A DNA stretch of 64,000 nucleotides from Octopus sinensis (GCF_006345805.1 NC_043005.1:108686001-108750000); one strand, 5' to 3'. Shown: positions 38,549 to 51,959, numbered from the stretch's first letter. A program made the numbers and translations. Notes: generated from the letters alone by a model not told the origin.

Positions 38549-39479
38549 CTGAGAACCCAAAAAAAAGTTTAACCAAAACATACACAAACGAACACACACA
38601 CACACATATGTGGCTTAACATAAGTGTGTGTGCGTGAGAGATAGAGAGAGAGAGAGTGTGTGTGCATGCGTGCATGCGTGTGTGTGTCTGTGTGTGTGAT
38701 TACCCATATATTCTTTCACTAAACATCTCCCTGACTTTGAATTATAATCAAAAATGAATGTGATAAAACATATATAAGCATAACTCAAATAATATACAAA
38801 CATATAACTCCCAATGGTAGCTGTTATATCATAGAATGAGTCATTTAATACCTCTGCAGATCACAGTTTATTCACTGAGTATAATCCTTCTTGGTTTAGG
38901 GTGAGATTAGATATTTTGCTATCCATATGTTCAACTAATCTGGAGTAGCTATCTATATTTTCACATGAATCACCGAGTTAAGATGCAAATTAAATGGGAA
39001 TATGATGCATGATAGGGAATGAGATGGGATAAAATATCAGTAAATAAATATCCATGGTGCAAAAAATATGAATAACATGAAGATAAGGTAAAAAAGAAAC
39101 CCAACAGAGTGTATTGGGTTTATGTTCAGGAAATTGGAGAAATTAGGACAAGCCTTTTACATTTTGTGTTTTGGCTCTTCTTCTGAAAGAGTACTCCAGG
39201 AGAGAGAAAGTGGGAAAAGAGAAGAACACACATGTGTCTGTTGAACAGTCCCAGTTTGCTGAAGTAACTGGAAGTGGTAAAGAGGATGCCTTATATGTAT
39301 GCATGTACACACACACATAAACACACATATGTCCTCACTCTATTCTTTGCAGCTGAAACAAGAGGATCAGTCGACACTTTGTAGCTTGTTATTTTTCTCT
39401 CTGGACCATATTCTGAATTGTTTAATTCCCCTGAAGAAAATGGTTAGCCTACCTAGATGAGAAGCAGATGGGATTTGTG

Positions 39480-40410
39480 CTATCTTCTTGGTTAGCAAAC
39501 TGCAGGAGAAGTACTAGGCAAGAACCAAACTTCTGTATTTGGCTTTTGCTGATATGGGGAAAGCCTTTGACAGGGTCCCTTATCTCGCGAGCAAGGAATT
39601 TAGTATACAAGTAGGAGTCCACCAGAGATTGGTTCTCAGCCCCCTCGTGTTTATCATAGTCCTTCAGATTATAATAGAGACATTTAAGTCTGGCTGCTCT
39701 ATGCTGATGACCTTGTTCTAATAGCTGAATCATTACCAAAGCTGGAGAAGAAATTTTATGTATGGGATCAAGATCTGCAATCAAAGTGCCTTAGAGTTAA
39801 GTTACCAAAGACTAAAGACCTAGCTTATTAAGTAGGAAAGCAGACAAATCACAGATTACTGCTCGATATGTAAAATAGGTGTTAGTAGGAACTCCATATG
39901 GTGTACCCAACGCAAGCTATGGACACATAAGAGGGGCAGTGGTATCATTGGAAGAGTAACAGAGAAAGCAGTCGTTACACATGGCAGATGTGTCAGATAC
40001 AATAAACACCAAGAATGCACAGAAAATAGACTCCTTCAATTGTCAGTCGGGACCTTTAGGAGTAGTCGACAGCTTCTGTTACTTAGATGACCAAATTAAC
40101 AGTGGTGGAGGTTGTTTTGAAAACATAGCTGCCAGAATAAAAATGGGTCGGGCAAAGTTCAGCGAGTATTACCTCTGTTAGTTACAAAGGGCCGTTTCCT
40201 CTGAGTGAAAGGCATGTTGCATGATGCCTGTGTACGAACAGCTATGCTACATACTAAGAACATGTGAAGGCTTGGAAGAAATGAAGCCAGCATGCTCTGC
40301 TGGATGGGTAATGTCAGTGTGCTTATGCAACAGAGTGTAAGTGATTTGAGAAAAGAACTTGGTACACGAGGCATTAGATGTAGTGTGCAAAAGAGAGGAC
40401 TGCACTTGTT
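39480..40410 (+). mobile_element. Older, internally deleted RTE LINE fragment
   Basis: YLAFADMGKAFDRVP and DDLVLIAES motifs; same family as 12870-15390 but heavily decayed. Confidence 0.8.
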
Positions 40411-40599
40411 AATAATGTCATAACTGATATCGTTAATGTTGTTATTGGTATAGTTGTTCTTGTTGTTATCATTGTTCACGTTGTCAATGATCATATTGTT
40501 GTTGTTGCTGTTATTATTGCGATTGCAATATTTGTTATTGTTGTTCTTATTGGTGTTGTTACTGCTGATGTTTTCATTGTTGTTAAAGCTACAATTCTT

Positions 40600-41350
40600 G
40601 TTTGGCGGCAAACTGGCAGAATTGGTAGCACCCTGGGCAAATTGTTTATTCTTTTGCTCTTTTACATGTTTCTGTTGTCAATGTTGTTGCTGCTGAAGGC
40701 AACAAGCTGGCAGAAACGTTAGCATCCCGGACAAAATGCTTATCACTATTTCGTCTGTCTTTACGTTCTGAGTTCAAATTCCGCCAAGGTAGACTTTGCC
40801 TTTCATCCTTACGGGGTCGATAAATTAAGTACCAGTTACGCACTGGGGTCAATGTAATCAACTTAATCCCTTTGTCTGTCCTTGGTTGTCCCCTCTATGT
40901 TTAGCCCCTTGTGGGCAATAAAGAAATAAGAATTGTTACCATCCCGGGCAAAATGCTTATCAGTATTTCATTTGTCTTTATGTTCAGAGTTCAAATTCCA
41001 TCGAGGTTGACTTTGCCTTTCATCCTTCCAGGGTCGATAAATTAAGTACCAGTTTCATACTGCGGTCAATCTAATCAACTAGCCCCCTTCCCCAAAACTT
41101 CAGGCCTTGTGCGTATAATAGAAAGGATAATTATTATTAAGGCGGCGAACTGGCAGAATCGTTAGCGTGCCGGACGAAATGCTTATCAGTATTTTGTCTG
41201 TCTTTCCGTTCAGAGGTCAAATTCCGCTGAGGTCGACTTTGCCTTTCATCCTTTCAGGGTCGATAAATTAAGTACCAGTTGCATACTGAGGTCAATCTAA
41301 TCGACTAGCCCCCTCCCCCAAAATTTAAGGCCTTGTGCCTAGGGTAGAAA
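40600..41350 (+). mobile_element. SINE family B cluster (about 4 units)
   Basis: Repeated GACTTTGCCTTTCATCCTT..GGTCGATAAATTAAGTACCAG cores at ~40795, 41010 and 41235, plus a truncated head at ~40605. Confidence 0.85.
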
Positions 41351-41464
41351 AGAATGTTATTGCTGCTACAGCTGATGTTGATGTTGTTGTGATTGTCATT
41401 ATTTCCCTTGTTGTTGATATTATTACAGCTATTGTCATTGCTTTATTGTTGTTGATGTTGCCAA

Positions 41465-41760
41465 ACATGGCCGTCGCCAGTGCCGCCCCGACTGGCCCCC
41501 GTGCCACTGGCACATAAAAAGCACCATCCAATCGTGACTGTTTACCAGCCTCGTCTGGCACCTGTGCAGGTGGCACATAAAGAGCACCCACTACACTCTC
41601 GGAATGGTTGGCGTTAGGAAGGGCATCCAGCTGTAGAAACACTGCCAGATCAGACTGGGGCCTGGCGCAGCCCCCTGGCTTCCCAGACCCCAGTTGAACC
41701 GTCCAACCCATGCTAGCATAGAAAACGGACGTTAAACGATGATGATGATGATGATGATGA
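41465..41760 (+). mobile_element. RTE-tail-related short element (other copies ~1-80, 34725-34915, 49650-50035, 57215-57535, 58130-58330)
   Basis: Shares GGCGTTAGGAAGGGCATCCAGC...GGACGTTAAACGATGATG with the RTE 3' end. Confidence 0.8.
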
Positions 41761-42189
41761 TATTGTAAATGTGCCGTTTCTATTCATGTTGTTGCTACAA
41801 CTGTTGTTGTTGCTCATACTTTCGTTAGTGATATTTCATCTATTGTTTTTACTACTACTACTACTACTATTACTACTACTGCTATGATATTGCTATTGTT
41901 GTTGTTACTAACTATTACTGCTGCTACTGCTGCTGCTGCTGTTGCAGCTCTAAGTGCAGCAGGGTCTTCCAGTGCCCTCCCTTAATACAAAGCTGCACAG
42001 CAGTTCAATCTGTGGTGAATCAGATCAGTAATATTTCATCTCTGCAATCACGCAATTCAAACTAATTTTCCGTTTTGCTTCATCATTTCCGCCCACCCCA
42101 CCCGCTTTTTTTTTCTTTTTGATTGTTTGTTTATTTGTTTATGTCATGTTTCTTTACAGAAAAATATTAGCAATAAATGTTTCTCTGTC

Positions 42190-42366
42190 CATCACCATCG
42201 TCTTCACCATCATCACTATCATCATCATCATCATCATCATCGTTATCATCATCATCATCATCATCACCATCATCATCATCATCGTCATCATCGTTATCAT
42301 CATCATCATCATCATCATCATCGTCATCATCAACATCATTGTCATTGTCATCATTGTCATCATCAC

Positions 42367-42403
<37 letters not shown>

Positions 42404-42600
42404 GTCATCATAATCATCATCATCATCATCGTCATCATCATCATCATCGTCGTCATCATCATCATCATCATCATCATCGTCATCATCATCATTGGCATCA
42501 GCGTCATCATCCCCATCATCATAATCATCATCATTGTCGTCGTCGTCATCATCATCATCATCATCGTCATCATCATCATCATCATCAGCATCATCTTTGC
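42190..42600. repeat. Cryptic (CAT/CGT/CAC)n trinucleotide microsatellite
   Basis: Direct inspection; source of the poly-H, poly-I, poly-S and poly-M ORFs. Confidence 0.95.
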
Positions 42601-42795
42601 CGTCGCCACAACTGCCACCACTAATACTATCACTACTAATATAACTGCAACATCACCACCATCACCAACGACAACAACAATAACAACAACAGTATTATCA
42701 CTACCATCTTCATCATCATTGCCCTCATTGTTGTTGTCACTGTCAGAGTTTTTGTGTCATCTTCACCACAATACTCCACATTATTGTTATCGTTA

Positions 42796-42848
<53 letters not shown>

Positions 42849-42884
42849 ATTACCATTATTATTATCATTATAATAATAATAATT

Positions 42885-43280
42885 GGTGCAGGATTGGCTG
42901 TGTGGTAAGTAGCTTGCTTACCAACCACATGGTTCCGGGTTCAATCCCACTGCATGGCACCTTGGGCAAGTGTCTTCTACTACAGCTTCGGGCTGACCAA
43001 AGCCTTGTGAGTGGATTTGGTAGACGGAAACTGAAAGAAGCCCGTCGTATATATGCATATGTATATATATATGTGTGTGTTTGTGTGTCCGTGTTTGTCA
43101 CCCCATCATCGCTTGACAACCGATACTGGTGTGTTTACATCCTCATAGCTTATCAGTTAGGTAAAAGAGTCTGGTCAAATAAGTACCAGGCTTACAAAGA
43201 ATAAGTCCTAGGGTCGATTTGCTCAACTAAATGCAGTGCTCCAGCATGGCCATAGTCAAATGACTGAAACAAGTAAAATA
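42885..43280 (+). mobile_element. SINE family A copy
   Basis: Full-length match. Confidence 0.85.
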
Positions 43281-43360
43281 ATACTATCAACCAATAAATT
43301 CCTTTAGCTTCATTTTATCCATCTGAGGCTGGTTACAATATTCAAACAACTCCCTAGTAT

Positions 43361-43924
43361 ACACTATTTACATTATTTACATTTGACAGATATTTGTCCT
43401 CATCTTGTTTGTTAACATGTTTTGGCTGATATACCATCCAGCCTTCTTCAGAACAAATGAGGACAAATATCCATCAAATGTAAATAGGCGCAGAAGTGTC
43501 TGTGTGGTAAGTAGATTGCTTACCAACCACATGGTTCCGGGTTCAGTCCCACGTGGCATCTTGGTCAACTGTTTTCTACTATAGCCTCAGGCTGACCAAA
43601 GCCTTGTGAGTGGATTTGGTAGACGGAAACTGAAAGAAGCCCGTCATATATATGTGTGTGTGTATGTTTGTGTCTGTGTCTGTCCCCCTAGCATTGTTTG
43701 ACAACCGATGCTGGTGTGCTTATGTCCCTGTCACTTAGCGGTTCGGCAAAAGAGACTGATAGAATAAGTACTTACAAAGAATAAGTCCCGGGATTGATTT
43801 TCTCGACTAAAGGTGGTGCTCCAGCATGGCCGCAGTCAAATGACTGAAACAAGTAAAAGAGTAAAAGATTAAAAGAATGTAAATAAAGTATATAATTCCT
43901 CATCTCTTAAATATAGAACTGTGC
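43361..43924. mobile_element. Fold-back hammerhead-bearing insertion with 11-bp TSD and a nested SINE A
   Basis: TSD CTCCCTAGTAT at 43350-60 and 43925-35; 30-bp inverted arms 43374-43403/43457-43486; nested SINE A 43487-43875 with TSD AATGTAAATA. Confidence 0.8.
43408..43457 (-). ncRNA. Minimal type I hammerhead motif, one core substitution
   Basis: TTTGTT-CTGAAGA-A-GGCTG...CAGCC-AAAA(G12A)-CATG-TT-AACAAA. Confidence 0.6.
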
Positions 43925-44588
43925 CTCCCTAGTATGTTTATCTCATAGATAAAAAGGTAAGGTAAAGACCCCCTTCTGTCATGAATTGTACTTAGAAAGT
44001 TCCCCTCCTAGACACAAGTCTGGGCAAGGTTGTTTATGGAAGATCAGCAGTCACCCAAGCATACCACTCTCCTCTCTCCACACTACTGATGTTATCCAAG
44101 GGAAAGGCAAAGGGGCCCATACAGCTTGGCACCAGTGACATCGCAACGCATTTCTACAGACAAGTGTACTGGAGCAATATGGAAACAAAATGTCTTGCAC
44201 AAGAACACAACACACAGCCCGGTCCAGAATCGAACTCACTACCTCATGATTGTGAACCCAATGCTCTAAACACTGGACCATGAACCTTCAACATTTTTAC
44301 ATTCTGTTTTAACTGATCATCTGAATATCAGAAAGGTGAGATGTGGTGGAATGATTTGTGTCGCTTCTGTTTCCAATAAAATATATTATATAACTCTACA
44401 TTCAGATCTCGGTACTGAGTAATCTCTTTTACCCTTGCATGTTCACATTGAAACGCTTACACACACACACACACAAACATATGCATATCCAAATACATAT
44501 ATACATACACACAGACACTTATATACATACATACATGCATATATATACACACACATGTACACATGTGCACATGCATCTATATATATAT

Positions 44589-44642
<54 letters not shown>

Positions 44643-44720
44643 TATATATATATATACTATATATATATATATACATATATATACATATGTATATATATAC
44701 ATATATATATACATATATAC

Positions 44721-44799
<79 letters not shown>

Positions 44800-44891
44800 T
44801 ATATATATATATACATATATATATATATACATATATATACATATGTATATATATACATATATATATACATATATACATATACATATATATA

Positions 44892-44933
<42 letters not shown>

Positions 44934-45959
44934 ATATATATATATATATACACACCCACACAAATATATATATACATATGTACATACATATGTGTGTGTG
45001 TGTGTATATATGTATGTATCCACAGTACATATATTTCTGAGGACAGAAAAAAAAGGCTTCATTTCTTTTTTTCTTTTTTCTTTTTTTTTGTGTCTTCTAA
45101 ATGTATTTGGGTTGTGTTTGGTCAGCAATAGCATACTTAACATTTGTGGCATGGCTCGACTACTTGGTTAATATATCATGTACCACTTCACAGAATGTTC
45201 TCTGTCTCTGTCTCTCTCTCTCTCTCTCTTTGTATATATCCATATATATATGTTTCTTGTTTTTATTGTTGGGATACACTCTCCCCCTTTTTTTGGTTTG
45301 TTTTTATCTTCACTTTCTTTATCAGTATATATCTATCCATCTATCTATTCATCTCTCTCTCTCCTTTCTGTATCGCCAATGTCCATTCCCAACTGACTGC
45401 AATTTTGCTAAATAAATGCCGTTAAAATCACATATTCAATCCAGGAATTATGGTTTGTTAATCTAAGTGATAGTTTAAAAGTGGATTTATTGCTTACATA
45501 TTGGTAATTTACTAATCAGTGTTCAATCCTGGACATTGCTTGATTTTTATCATTTATATTTTATTTTACTTCCATTTATTTTTTTTTCCTCTGGAATTAT
45601 GGGTAAATTCTTTTTTCTCCTCCCTTTCTATATTTTCTGTTTCTCTGAAAATCTGAAACTGACCACAGTCATTAAACTAATGCAATATGCATTTATGGAC
45701 TGTCCCTTGTGAGGTCGAATTTTCTGAGATGATAGAAGAGGAGAGGGGAGAGAGAGATAGACAGAGAGAGAGTGGGAGAGAGAGAAGCAGAGACCAACAC
45801 AGAGAGAAACAGAGTGAGAGAGGGAGAGAGAAAGAAAGAGAAATGTTATAGATGTGTGTGTAAATATGTCTGTACACACGTAAGCACGCCCACATATACA
45901 AACATACATACACACACACGTACATATATATGTATATGTATATGTAAATGTATACATAC

Positions 45960-46003
<44 letters not shown>

Positions 46004-46420
46004 GGGAGGGAGAGAGAGTGAAGTAGATAGACTGATAGCTTGATAGACACAGAGATAGCAAATCGTAGGTGAAAACAAACAAAAACAGACGACTGATTGG
46101 CGAAAGGAAGGAGACAGAGAGACAAAGGGACAGAGACAGACAGAGATAGAAATAGCAAGGCAGAGACACACAGACAGATCACTAGAGAAAGAGATTCTAT
46201 GATGGCTGCCAATATAGGATTTTACTGTATCTTTATAGACTTAGTGAAGTTTCCAAGAATGCAATTAAACATGTAATTAGACAATTTCATGTCCATAATT
46301 TCTGCCAGATCTCCCTTGGTGGAACTAAAATATTTACGAAAATCAGGAAGAATTGTAACTCTCCATATGTTTCAATTCAAAGAACACAGGGATCACAGTT
46401 ATTCCTGGGAGCCATTAACT

Positions 46421-46458
<38 letters not shown>

Positions 46459-46789
46459 TACTGCTGCTGCTGCTGCTACTGCTGCTGCTACTGCTGCTGC
46501 TGCCATTGTTGATGCACCTTTTGCAGATAATAATATTCCTTCTAATAAAGGCACAAGACCTGAGACTTTGCGGGAGGAGACTAGTCGATTACATCGACCC
46601 CAGTATTTGACTGGTACTAAATTTATTGACCTCGAAAGAATGAAAGGCAAAGTCCACCTTGGTAGGATTTGAACTCTGAACTTAAAGACAGATGAGATGC
46701 CACTAAGCATTTTGCCCAACGTGCAAACGATTTATGTAGGATGTGTGCGGTGCTTAGTAATGTTATTTTCTGTATGCTATATGTACTTG

Positions 46790-47640
46790 TAAGTCCTGGT
46801 GTTTTTGTTATGTATTTGTCAGAATGCTTTTTTTATCATGCCTAACGCACCTACTACAATAGGAATTGTTTCTGCTTATAGACTCCACATTCGAGTTACT
46901 TCCATTTCCAGATCTTCGAATTTTGAATGTTCCTCCATTCCTTTTAGAGAAATATTGTCATCTATTGGTGTTGATACATCAGTTAGAAAGCATGTTTTTT
47001 TCGTCATAGTGATCTCTGACAACTATATCTGGCCTATTAGCCTTAATTTCTGTATCTGTGTATATTGGCATATCCCATAATATTGTTGCTTTCTCATTTT
47101 CTGCAGCCTTTTCTGGCGTGTGCCTATGCCCTCTTTTTTCTGTTGTTATTCCATAGTCTTGGCATAGCTTCCAGTGTATATAGGTCCCAACTCTGTCGTG
47201 TCTATGAATATATCCCTTCAAAGCCAGAACTGGACAGTCAGAGAAATATGATTTATTGTTTCTTACTCCATCTCCACATATTCTGCCATATTCTGCAGTT
47301 ACTTGCATTTCTTTTCATTATGTCTTTTTGGTAATTTCTGGTGGGGAGGCTTTGGTCTTGTGCTGCAATTAAAAATCCCTCAGTCTTCACTTTGAGTCCT
47401 GAGCTTCTCAGCCATTGTTGGGATTTTGCTTTGTCTATTTCTTTTCTGATTAGTTTTACCCAGTATTTGCCATGAAAGGGAATTTTCTCGCCATCGTTTT
47501 ATCATGAGCCATTACTGTTCCAGTTTTGGTTTGGATTTCAGTTGTTTTACAGCTTTTGTTGTTTCTTCTTTTTCTTCATAGTTGTTAGGTACTATGACTC
47601 CTTTTTTGTATTTGTCAATTATTATTGTTATTATTGTCTC
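46790..47640 (-). mobile_element. R4/Dong-like LINE C-terminal fragment (zinc knuckle plus restriction-like endonuclease)
   Basis: GFLIAAQDQSLPTRNYQ, CRICG, RHDRVGTYIHWKLC and ILWDMPIYTD...ANRPDIVV. Confidence 0.85.
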
Positions 47641-48066
47641 TGTATTGTACCCCTCATCCTTCATGCTTGTGGCAAATAAATGAAATCATCATCATCATCA
47701 TCATCATCATTACTATTAATATTATTATTATTGAGTGAGAGAGCAGTGCATGCCATCAAAGTGACACTGGGGTAAAATATACGAAGCCCACTTTACCCAT
47801 CATGACTACCCGTCTGGTAAGGGTACACCAGGCACATGAATCACAACCATATGTGCACGACATGGTGATCTCATATCAAGATAAAAAGCGCATGACCTTG
47901 CAGGTGGGGCCTAGTTAGAATTTTCTTCTGGTTGAGTAGCCCATCCCGCTCAAAAGATCCCTGAATAAGGATTGTTTAAGGATGTTGAATGAAACACCCA
48001 TGTTTCCAAAGGTGAATTATCCAAACCTCTAAGAATTCCTTTCAACACACGGCTATGATGCTCACA

Positions 48067-48126
<60 letters not shown>

Positions 48127-48149
48127 CATCATTATTATTATAATCATTA

Positions 48150-49125
48150 TATGAAAACTCACAGCTTACTTTGCTGGGTATGAGAGAAAGAGTCAGCTGT
48201 CCACAGCCAGCAGACTTAGGTGACACTTGTTTACTGGTCATGCATCAAGAACTCTGCAATAAATTCTTGCTGTTCCAAGCAATGCTTATTTTTGAAGGTG
48301 TTCTACCTCCATACTTGCACCAATCTTTTTTCAGCCATGCTGGTAGTTGAGTGCTGATATTTCCAAGTGTACCACTTACTATTAGTATCATGTCTACTCT
48401 CTTCATTGACCACAAACCTTCATATTCCCCACTTCAAATTGTCATAATTGTTTATTTTTTCTTCTTCTTTCACATTAATCCTGTTGTCACCGGGACATGC
48501 TTCGTTGATTATCAAACAGGTTCCTTCTTTTTTATTCACCACAACAATGTCCAGTTTCAATGTCTGGTTGGATGATTTCCCTAGATCATTGCATCCCACA
48601 GGATTTTGCAATTCTCATTTTCGGTGACTTCTTCTGGGCTTTGCTGATATCATGTCTTTGCTTTTTGTAGACCATGATTTCCACAAAGTTCCCAATGGAT
48701 CATTCTTGCCAGATTGCCATGGCGTCTTTTGTATTCGCGTTGTGCTAATTTCAGGTATTCGCTAACAATGTGCCATACCATTTCACCCCTCTCACCACAC
48801 ATTCTGCATTTGTCGCTATAGGTAGTGTTGTCAATTCTGCACTTCATATAATTGGTCCTTAACACTTGCTCTTGAGCTGCTCATATGATTGTTTCTGACT
48901 CTATCTTTAGGTCACTCCTCCTCATCCATAGCCACTGGTCTGCTGTATCTGTCTTGGCGTTCACATCTCTTGCAAACTGACCATACATTTTCTTTTCCTT
49001 CCATGCTTTTTTTTTATTGTTCATCTCTTGTTTAAATGTTTCTTTAGTTACACAATTTTCGGTGTTGATGATACCAGCCTTCTTCATGTGTTTCAATTGT
49101 GACTCCACTGCATTTTTTTATATAC
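48150..49125 (-). mobile_element. Second R4/Dong-like LINE 3' fragment with (AAT)n tail
   Basis: WKEKKMYGQF, AAQEQVLRTNY, CRMCGE, YKRRHGNLARMIHWELC and LDIVVVNKK...ACPGDNRINVKEEEKI; tail at ~48070-48150. Confidence 0.85.
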
Positions 49126-49242
49126 CACCCTTGGCTATCATCATTATTATTATTATTACTACTTTTTTTTTTTCTTCTTTCAAATTTTCTTCCATTTCTT
49201 GCCGAGTGTCTTCCCGACTCCTAGGGCAAAGAAACTCATAGT

Positions 49243-49292
<50 letters not shown>

Positions 49293-50412
49293 ATTATTAT
49301 TAGTGCAAGGTCAGCAATTTTAGCAGGTGGTGGTTCATCAGTTATATCAGTCCCAGTACTTGGTGGGTGCTTTATTTTATTGACCCTGAAAGAATGAAAG
49401 GCAAAGTTCACCTTAGTAGGATTTGAACTCAGAATGCAAAGAGTCAAAAGAAATACAGTGAAGCATTTTGTCTGATGAGCTAATGGTTCTACCAGTTCAC
49501 CACTAATGATAATAATAATAACGACTTCTTTTATTTGACACAGGAGCATTTAATGAGAGGGACATTACAAGGACTGAATGGAATAAAGGAGGAGAGTGGA
49601 GGAGTGAGATAAAAATGTCTACATATCAAAATCAATGTGAAATTCGATGACGGGCACGAGCACCATCCGAGCATGATCGTTGCCAGAGCAGCTAACTGGC
49701 TTCCGTGCCGGTGGCATGTAGAAGGTACCATTCGAGTGGGATTATTACCAGCATCGCCTTACTGGCACCTGTGCTGTTGGCATGTGTAAAAACTTCAAGC
49801 GAGGTCGTTGTCAGTACCGCCTGACTGGCCCACATGCCGGTGGCACATAAAAGTACCCACTACACTCTCGGAGTGGTTGGCATTAGGAAGGGTATCCAGC
49901 TGTAGAAACTCTACCAGATCAAGACTGGAGCCTGGTGCAGCCATCTGGTTCACCAGTGCAGAGTCAAACCGTCCAACCCATGCTAGCATGGAAAGTGGAC
50001 ATTAAACGATGATGATGACGACGATGATGATGATGATTGCTAAATCTGTCCTACACACAACAACAACTCTTCAGGTCTGAACTCAAGTGTATGCAGAAAT
50101 AGGTGCAAGCAGAAGGATGTCATTGATCTGCTTGCATATTGGACAGGTACGGAGAGAGATTTCAGAAAGGCTGAAATTGCTCAGAAATAAACAGTTAATT
50201 TGTTGTCATCTAAAATGACTTCCACCACAATATCACTCTTGATATACTATAGAATACATAGGCTGATATTCTACTGACTGTATTGGTGGACTAGTCTATA
50301 ACTACTGGAAGCACTTTACATCATACTAAAAGACAGCAGTCTTATATTAATCCGTGCTTGATCCAAGACAGTAACGCCTAACAATGACATGACAGCATAT
50401 GCTCATTGTCCA

Positions 50413-50830
50413 TGGCAGAAACGTTAGCACGCTGGGTGAAATGTGTAGCCGTATTTCATCTGCTGTTATGTTCTGAGTTCAAATTCCGCTGAGGTCGACT
50501 TTGCCTTTCATCCTTTCGGGGTCGATAAATTAAGTACCAGTTACGCACTGAGGTCGATAGACTTAATCCGTTTGTCCCCTCTGTGTTTAGCCCCTTGTGG
50601 GTAGTAAAGAAATAAGAATTGCTAGCATCCTGGGCAAAATGCTTATCAGTATTTCATCTGTCTTTACGTTCTGAGGTCAAATTCTGCCGAGGTCGACTTT
50701 GCCTTTCATCCTTTCAGGATCGATAAATTAAGTACCAGTTACCCACTGGGTTCGGTGTAATCGACTAAATCCGTTTGTCTGTACTTGTTTATCCCCTCTG
50801 TGTTTAGCCCCTTGTGGGTAGTAAATAAAT
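50413..50830 (+). mobile_element. SINE family B dimer flanked by a single 16-bp TSD
   Basis: TSD ATATGCTCATTGTCCA at 50397-412 and 50831-46. Confidence 0.92.
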
Positions 50831-51673
50831 ATATGCTCATTGTCCAGGAATCTCTGCAGAATTCAGAACCTCATTGCATTCTCAACAGTGGCTCTCCATA
50901 CCAAGGCTCTCTATACACATGAATTTAGCAACAGACAGATCTTCTGAGCAGTGAAAGGCAACCTTTCATTAATATCCAAAATAAGCAAATGCTTCGATCT
51001 GGTCTGATCAAAACAGAGCCAAGACAAGACATGATAATCAAGCAAAAGTATATAATGTATACAATGCATGTGCTTGTTCCCTCTGCCCAGCTTTTTCAGG
51101 AATGGCTTGATTGGGGTGAAATTGATCATGCTGTCCACAATATCGTCTTAATTTGTATCTCTATGAAGGTACAGCCTGAACCAAATCCAAGCATCTTAAC
51201 AAGATTGTTGATCCACCAACCAATGATTCAGGTTCATGTGAACCCAGGTGCTGAATTGCACATCCATTGCTGTAATGCCTGCCACTTCAGTTCCTTAGTG
51301 TCCTAGACTATCATGGTGTTGGTACCGATGTATGTTGGTACTGCCTTTGTGACTTCTTCTTTCTGGCATCCCATCCAACTGTAAGAGTGATGCCCCTCAC
51401 CTCAAAAAATTTTTCCTGCAATGACATCAGCACAGAAATTCTCATGACCCTTGTTTTAACATCTTCTTTACCATGGTTGCATGCCATGGACAGAATTTAT
51501 TGAGGCAGATTTTCTACAGTCAGATGTCCTTCTTGTAACCAACTCACAGCTGTCTCCAAGGAAACTGATATTTCTTCATAGCTAGACATGTTTTTGCAGA
51601 ATATTGGAAATGAATGGCCGTGACACTCATTTACAACTATCATGTGATATTATGACATGGAAATACAAGCACA

Positions 51674-51711
<38 letters not shown>

Positions 51712-51959
51712 CATGCGTATGACAGGATCTTTTCAGTTTCTGCCAACTAATCAATTACCAAAAGCTTTAGTCGGCGCAGGACAATGGTAGAAGACACTTG
51801 CCCAAAGTGCCATGCAGTGGGATTGAACCCGGGACCATGGGGTTGGGAAGTAAATGTGCAAGTAATTTGATATATGTAGACTAGTGTGTAAATCAACTAA
51901 ACGGTTACTGGCAAAACTAGCTCAGAATCCATCATCATCGTCGTTGTCATCGTCGTCGT

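Noticed and set aside
42119-42847. Poly-histidine or transmembrane protein
   Set aside because: Cryptic (CAT)n repeat open in several frames, with no flanking coding context.
44415-44460. Hammerhead-like CTGAGTA...GAAACGC
   Set aside because: The core does not fit CUGANGA and no convincing stems I-III form.
50040-51400. 105-aa ORF 50989-51306 and neighbouring unique sequence
   Set aside because: No recognisable motif or splice framework; probably old transposon remains or a chance ORF.
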